Below are positions 26,431 to 29,734 of a stretch of DNA of 29,734 nucleotides, in pieces. This stretch comes from a virus (taxonomy: Duplodnaviria > Caudoviricetes). The stretch lies in IMG/VR virus record IMGVR_UViG_3300012667_000279, positions 1 through 29,734 of that record; one strand, written 5' to 3'. The position numbers were made by a program, and so were the translations under genes. A model generated the notes under the pieces. The model had not been told where the DNA came from, searched no databases, and saw nothing but the letters and a program-made list of their open reading frames with translations. Positions within the stretch are counted from its first letter, which is position 1; each line of letters starts with the position of its first letter.

Positions 26431-27708
26431 ATTCTTTTTTAATTCATAAAAGGAGCGCATCATTATTGCATCAGCAAAGTCGGGAGACATCCCAAATCTT
26501 TTCTTTAAATCTTCTTTGTTAGTCACTCGCAGTTTTTGGTCGCTATCCAGTTTCTCGCGTCTTATCATTTCGAGTTCCTTTACAATGGTATCTTTGTGCT
26601 GACTATTAAACGTGATTGAGTTGTTGGTAATAAGTTCACCAAGTTTAAAGTAACAATCCGATTTCAAGTTAAGGTAGTTTTCGCGAACCGATTTTGATCC
26701 GTTAAGAAACCCTTTGCAATGTAGATAATCTTTGCAACCTCCGCCTATTCCATCTTCATCGACCAGGACATTAGACAATAACACACCATTGCTTTGTGCC
26801 ATTTGTCTAATCGTATCAACAACTTCGTTAATCGGTTTGTGTTTTAACACTACAAATTTATCTGCGTGTAGTCCATCCCAAAGTACAATGACCGTTCTAT
26901 CGTCACCCATTCGCGCAATATCCGCAGTAATGTATTTGGTTGTGTTCTTTTGCTGTGGTTCACGGAAACAACGCAATAAATCATCGTAATGATACAAGCG
27001 GTCTTGTGTCTCGTCATAATCCCAATCGCCATCTAAAAGCCTTTTTCGGTCAATCTCGGGTAACATTCGCAAGTTTTCGAGATATACAGGCGAGATGTGA
27101 GGATTATCCGTTGGCAAGGCTTGGATAAACTCCCTATCTTGTCTTAAAGTACCATTTCTTTTTGCATCGTAAAATTCATTGTAAAGCCAACCTTTGTGTG
27201 GGTTGCAGGTCAACAATCCTTTCGGCTTATCATTAACCAATTTGTAACGTACACGAGATGCAAGAATAGCTATACACTTTTCGCTTACCTCACCTGCTTC
27301 ATCAACAAAATAATCGGTTATCTCTAACGAACCAAATCTTTGAAACTCTGGGTCACTCGGCATATCCGCCAAGTCCATCAAGATAGTTTGACTACCATTG
27401 AACCAATTTATAACGTGGTCTTGTCCGTTGTAGGTAAAATGTTTTCCTGCAATTAGTCCATAGTTAGCGCAAAGTTCAAAGAAAGTAGCCATTGTACTTA
27501 ATCGCAACTTCTTTAATTCTGCACGACCAATAAGACCGCGAGTACCTGCGTACTTTAACCGCCTTTTAATTTGCCAGTCACAACCGAGAAAACTTTTTCC
27601 GCCTGATGCAGCTCCGCCATACAATACTTGCCAAATGTCGCTATCAACTGATAGATACGATAACGCAAGTTTTTGCTTTTCGTTATATTCTATTTTACGT
27701 GTTGCCAT
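26407..27708 (-). CDS. terL: terminase large subunit
   Basis: Walker A YGGAASGGKS, Walker B YFVDEA, coupling motif LTCNP, RNase-H-like ADIARMGDD and SPDFADA. Confidence 0.92.
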   Translation of the reverse strand: MATRKIEYNEKQKLALSYLSVDSDIWQVLYGGAASGGKSFLGCDWQIKRRLKYAGTRGLIGRAELKKLRLSTMATFFELCANYGLIAGKHFTYNGQDHVINWFNGSQTILMDLADMPSDPEFQRFGSLEITDYFVDEAGEVSEKCIAILASRVRYKLVNDKPKGLLTCNPHKGWLYNEFYDAKRNGTLRQDREFIQALPTDNPHISPVYLENLRMLPEIDRKRLLDGDWDYDETQDRLYHYDDLLRCFREPQQKNTTKYITADIARMGDDRTVIVLWDGLHADKFVVLKHKPINEVVDTIRQMAQSNGVLLSNVLVDEDGIGGGCKDYLHCKGFLNGSKSVRENYLNLKSDCYFKLGELITNNSITFNSQHKDTIVKELEMIRREKLDSDQKLRVTNKEDLKKRFGMSPDFADAIMMRSFYELKKNFGKYAFA

Positions 27709-28268
27709 CTTCTTAAAATTACATCTTTAATAGTGTGAGGACTAACTCCATATTCTTTCGCTAACATTTCACGAGTGTAAATTCTTGGCTTAAACTTCAA
27801 TCGAATTTCTTTTACTTGTTCTTCGTTTAGTTTAGCAGTTCCAACTTTTGATCCCTTAACGAAATTTGTACATATTGGTTTTTTGATTCTGCCATTATTG
27901 TAAGAATGTAATGTGTTTTCTTTTGCAGTTGTCCATTCTAAATTAGATACCGCGTTGTTATCTCTTACAAAGTCAATATGGTTTACCTGTAATTTATTCA
28001 ATGGGTTTTCAATCCAAGTTTGCGCTACTATACGATGAACCTTAATTGTTTTTAATTTATCATCTATCAATAACATTGTGCGATAATAACCATTAGCATC
28101 CTTTGCAGGTTTCATTATAGAACAACGTTTAGAACCACGATAGCCAGTTGTCAATAATCTACCCATATTGCTTACTAAATATCGGTTATTTGTATTAGGA
28201 ACGTATCTCCATTCCTCATTAGGCAAAGAATCTAATTCAATTCCTAACTGATTTAATGTGTAATTCAT
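27690..28268 (-). CDS. NUMOD4-HNH homing endonuclease with C-terminal HTH
   Basis: EEWRYV...YLVSNMGR (NUMOD4), VHRIVA...VNHID..RDNN..SNLEW.T..EN..H, AKLNEEQVKEIR; start at 28268 or 28286. Confidence 0.9.
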   Translation of the reverse strand: MNYTLNQLGIELDSLPNEEWRYVPNTNNRYLVSNMGRLLTTGYRGSKRCSIMKPAKDANGYYRTMLLIDDKLKTIKVHRIVAQTWIENPLNKLQVNHIDFVRDNNAVSNLEWTTAKENTLHSYNNGRIKKPICTNFVKGSKVGTAKLNEEQVKEIRLKFKPRIYTREMLAKEYGVSPHTIKDVILRRWQHVK

Positions 28269-28328
28269 AGCACTAAAATACAACATTTATACTTTGGTTG
28301 GGCATACAATGTATAAAAGATATAAACA

Positions 28329-29102
28329 TTATAACTTCTCAATTATTCGTTGTTGTAGTATATGACTATCCATAATATCCGCGTAAAGATGGCGCATTAT
28401 TCCCTGTCTCACATCGTGTTCGAAGTCCGACTTTTCTTTTGACTTCATCCGCGTAATGGCAAAGTTTGACAGGTTGCGTTCGTTTGTAAGTTCCTGATAA
28501 GCCAAGAAACGAAACTTTTTCCAATCTTCATCCGACCACCATTCGACATTTAGAATGTTTCTTTTTTCCATCATTCGCATCATAGATGGCGCAAGTAAAC
28601 CAACTTCGATTCTCTTTCCATCTTTCCAACGTTGCACATCAAGTAAAAACATTTCTTTAAAGTCTACTGGCTCATCGTCTTGCGTTGTTGTACCGATTAC
28701 CAACTTTGCTTTCTTTCTTTCGATGTCAAGATTCATTTGCATCTTGTAAACCTTATACGCATTCAATACATCACTTAAAAACTGAATAGACATTAGACCA
28801 TAATGCTCAACTCTTTTCCACGTTTGACCAACTGCATTTAGTTGGAAGGCTAAACCAAGTTCACCAATCGTAAAGAACCTGTAGAATTGTTGAGTTGTGT
28901 CGTATAACAACTGCGTTTCTTCTGCTGAAGGTAGTTCTTTGATTCCACTTATAACGATTCCTTTTGCAATTAAAGCCTTGAACATTGGCAAGGTACTGTC
29001 TTGTATTTGCGTTTGTTCAAGCGCGTGTAAATAGGCTTTTTCGTCAACTGTTAAGCCATTGTTGTAGGTCTGCCCTTTGTACTCTACCAAGTTTTGATTC
29101 AT
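28329..29102 (-). CDS. hypothetical protein, possibly replication/helicase-loader associated
   Basis: 257 aa, helical; directly downstream of the initiator-like gene; function inferred from position only. Confidence 0.55.
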   Translation of the reverse strand: MNQNLVEYKGQTYNNGLTVDEKAYLHALEQTQIQDSTLPMFKALIAKGIVISGIKELPSAEETQLLYDTTQQFYRFFTIGELGLAFQLNAVGQTWKRVEHYGLMSIQFLSDVLNAYKVYKMQMNLDIERKKAKLVIGTTTQDDEPVDFKEMFLLDVQRWKDGKRIEVGLLAPSMMRMMEKRNILNVEWWSDEDWKKFRFLAYQELTNERNLSNFAITRMKSKEKSDFEHDVRQGIMRHLYADIMDSHILQQRIIEKL

Positions 29103-29421
29103 AATTGTTATTGTTATTTGTTACAAATTCGTGAAGTTTCCAAGCGGATCGCATGGCTGCTTTCCAATCTTTCATTTTCTTTTTACCATAATACCAATTC
29201 GTATTGGTGTAATGGCTAATAAATACCTCTGCAAAATTAAGCGCATCTTCAGAAGACGCAGACGGAATGCGTTCCAAAAAGTATTCCCCCACCTCCTCCA
29301 TCGTTGGAGGAGAAAATGATGTTCTCGGTGTCTTGGACTTCGATGACATCAACTGCTCTTCGAGTAATTGTACTCTTAAGGTCAAGGATTTTAATGCTTG
29401 TTCTAATTGTTCGTTGTTCAT
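29044..29421 (-). CDS. replication-initiator C-terminal-like (DnaD-like) protein
   Basis: FSPPTMEEVGEYF...AEVFISHY...W..GKKKMKDWKAAMR.W, a motif typical of phage initiator C-termini. Confidence 0.6.
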   Translation of the reverse strand: MNNEQLEQALKSLTLRVQLLEEQLMSSKSKTPRTSFSPPTMEEVGEYFLERIPSASSEDALNFAEVFISHYTNTNWYYGKKKMKDWKAAMRSAWKLHEFVTNNNNNYESKLGRVQRADLQQWLNS

Positions 29422-29734
29422 TTAAACGTTGTTTTAAAATACTACAATCATATTCTTTATCCAGAAGCATCATTGCCTCGTCAATATAGGCTCGGTAAAT
29501 AGCATCAACCTTATATAAGTCAACCATTTTCTTAACCGCGTGTAGTATTGTCGCGTGGTCTTTACCGCCTATTATCTCACCTATTTTTGATAAGCTATAC
29601 TTTGTCCCTGCATAAATTAATAAGGTCGCAAGATAACGCGCATCAATGATAAATCGTTCACGTGACCGAGAAAAAAATTGTTTACGTGTGACATCGTGAG
29701 TCCTGCAAACAAGGTCGATTACCTTATCTTCAAA
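29249..29734 (-). CDS. C-terminal part of DnaA domain-IV-like DNA-binding protein
   Basis: Manual translation gives ...SRSRERFIIDARYLATLLIYAGTKYSLSKIGEIIGGKDHATILHAVKKMVDL..., matching the DnaA C-terminal HTH signature (SLxxIGxxxGGRDHTTVLHA). Confidence 0.85.
   Translation of the reverse strand, partial: FEDKVIDLVCRTHDVTRKQFFSRSRERFIIDARYLATLLIYAGTKYSLSKIGEIIGGKDHATILHAVKKMVDLYKVDAIYRAYIDEAMMLLDKEYDCSILKQRLNEQRTIRTSIKILDLKSTITRRAVDVIEVQDTENIIFSSNDGGGGGILFGTHSVCVF
29680..29734 (+). repeat. 55-bp direct terminal repeat, right copy
   Basis: Exact copy of 1..55. A reading frame continues across the join, which implies a 29,679-bp circle. Confidence 0.97.

Noticed and set aside
27690-28330. Group I intron interrupting terL around the HNH gene
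   Set aside because: terL appears intact from its N-terminus through the Walker A motif, and the flanks leave no room for an intron core.
1-29734. Prophage/lysogeny module, tRNAs, DGR/retron, alternative genetic code
   Set aside because: I recognised no integrase, partition genes, reverse transcriptase or cloverleaf, and genes tile densely under the standard code.

Overview
The window looks like a complete, circularly permuted tailed-phage genome of about 29,679 bp. A 55-bp terminal overlap closes the circle, and a DnaA-domain-IV gene reads in frame across that junction. The host is inferred to be a Bacteroidota bacterium, from TTTG-N21-TAnnTTTG promoters and A-rich start contexts without Shine-Dalgarno sequences. 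Two divergent gene arms start at about 2334-2488. The leftward arm runs through the junction to 24630 and holds small early genes, an SSB-like protein, an HTH protein, the DnaA-like protein, replication proteins, a NUMOD4-HNH endonuclease, the terminase large subunit, a PP-loop/PAPS-reductase-like enzyme and a small MazG-like protein. The rightward arm holds VRR-NUC, an ECF-like sigma factor, a MazG-like pyrophosphatase, a TerS candidate, siphovirus-like tail genes, prohead protease, scaffold, major capsid, tail tube, portal, holin, M15 endolysin, a metallophosphoesterase and spanin-like genes. I recognised no integrase, DNA polymerase, helicase, tRNA or CRISPR array. The most notable non-obvious signals are: (1) an A11 slippery run with an immediate -1 stop at the portal/MuF-like domain boundary; (2) a perfect 20+20 nt homopyrimidine mirror repeat (H-DNA candidate) beside a structured non-coding region; (3) GATC almost absent unless it lies within GGATC/GATCC; (4) an unannotated -1 frameshift product of the tail chaperone; (5) a TGCGTCT motif that may be the phage sigma promoter; (6) candidate small RNAs and a compact pseudoknot. 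All family assignments come from reading motifs by eye, and all counts are manual.
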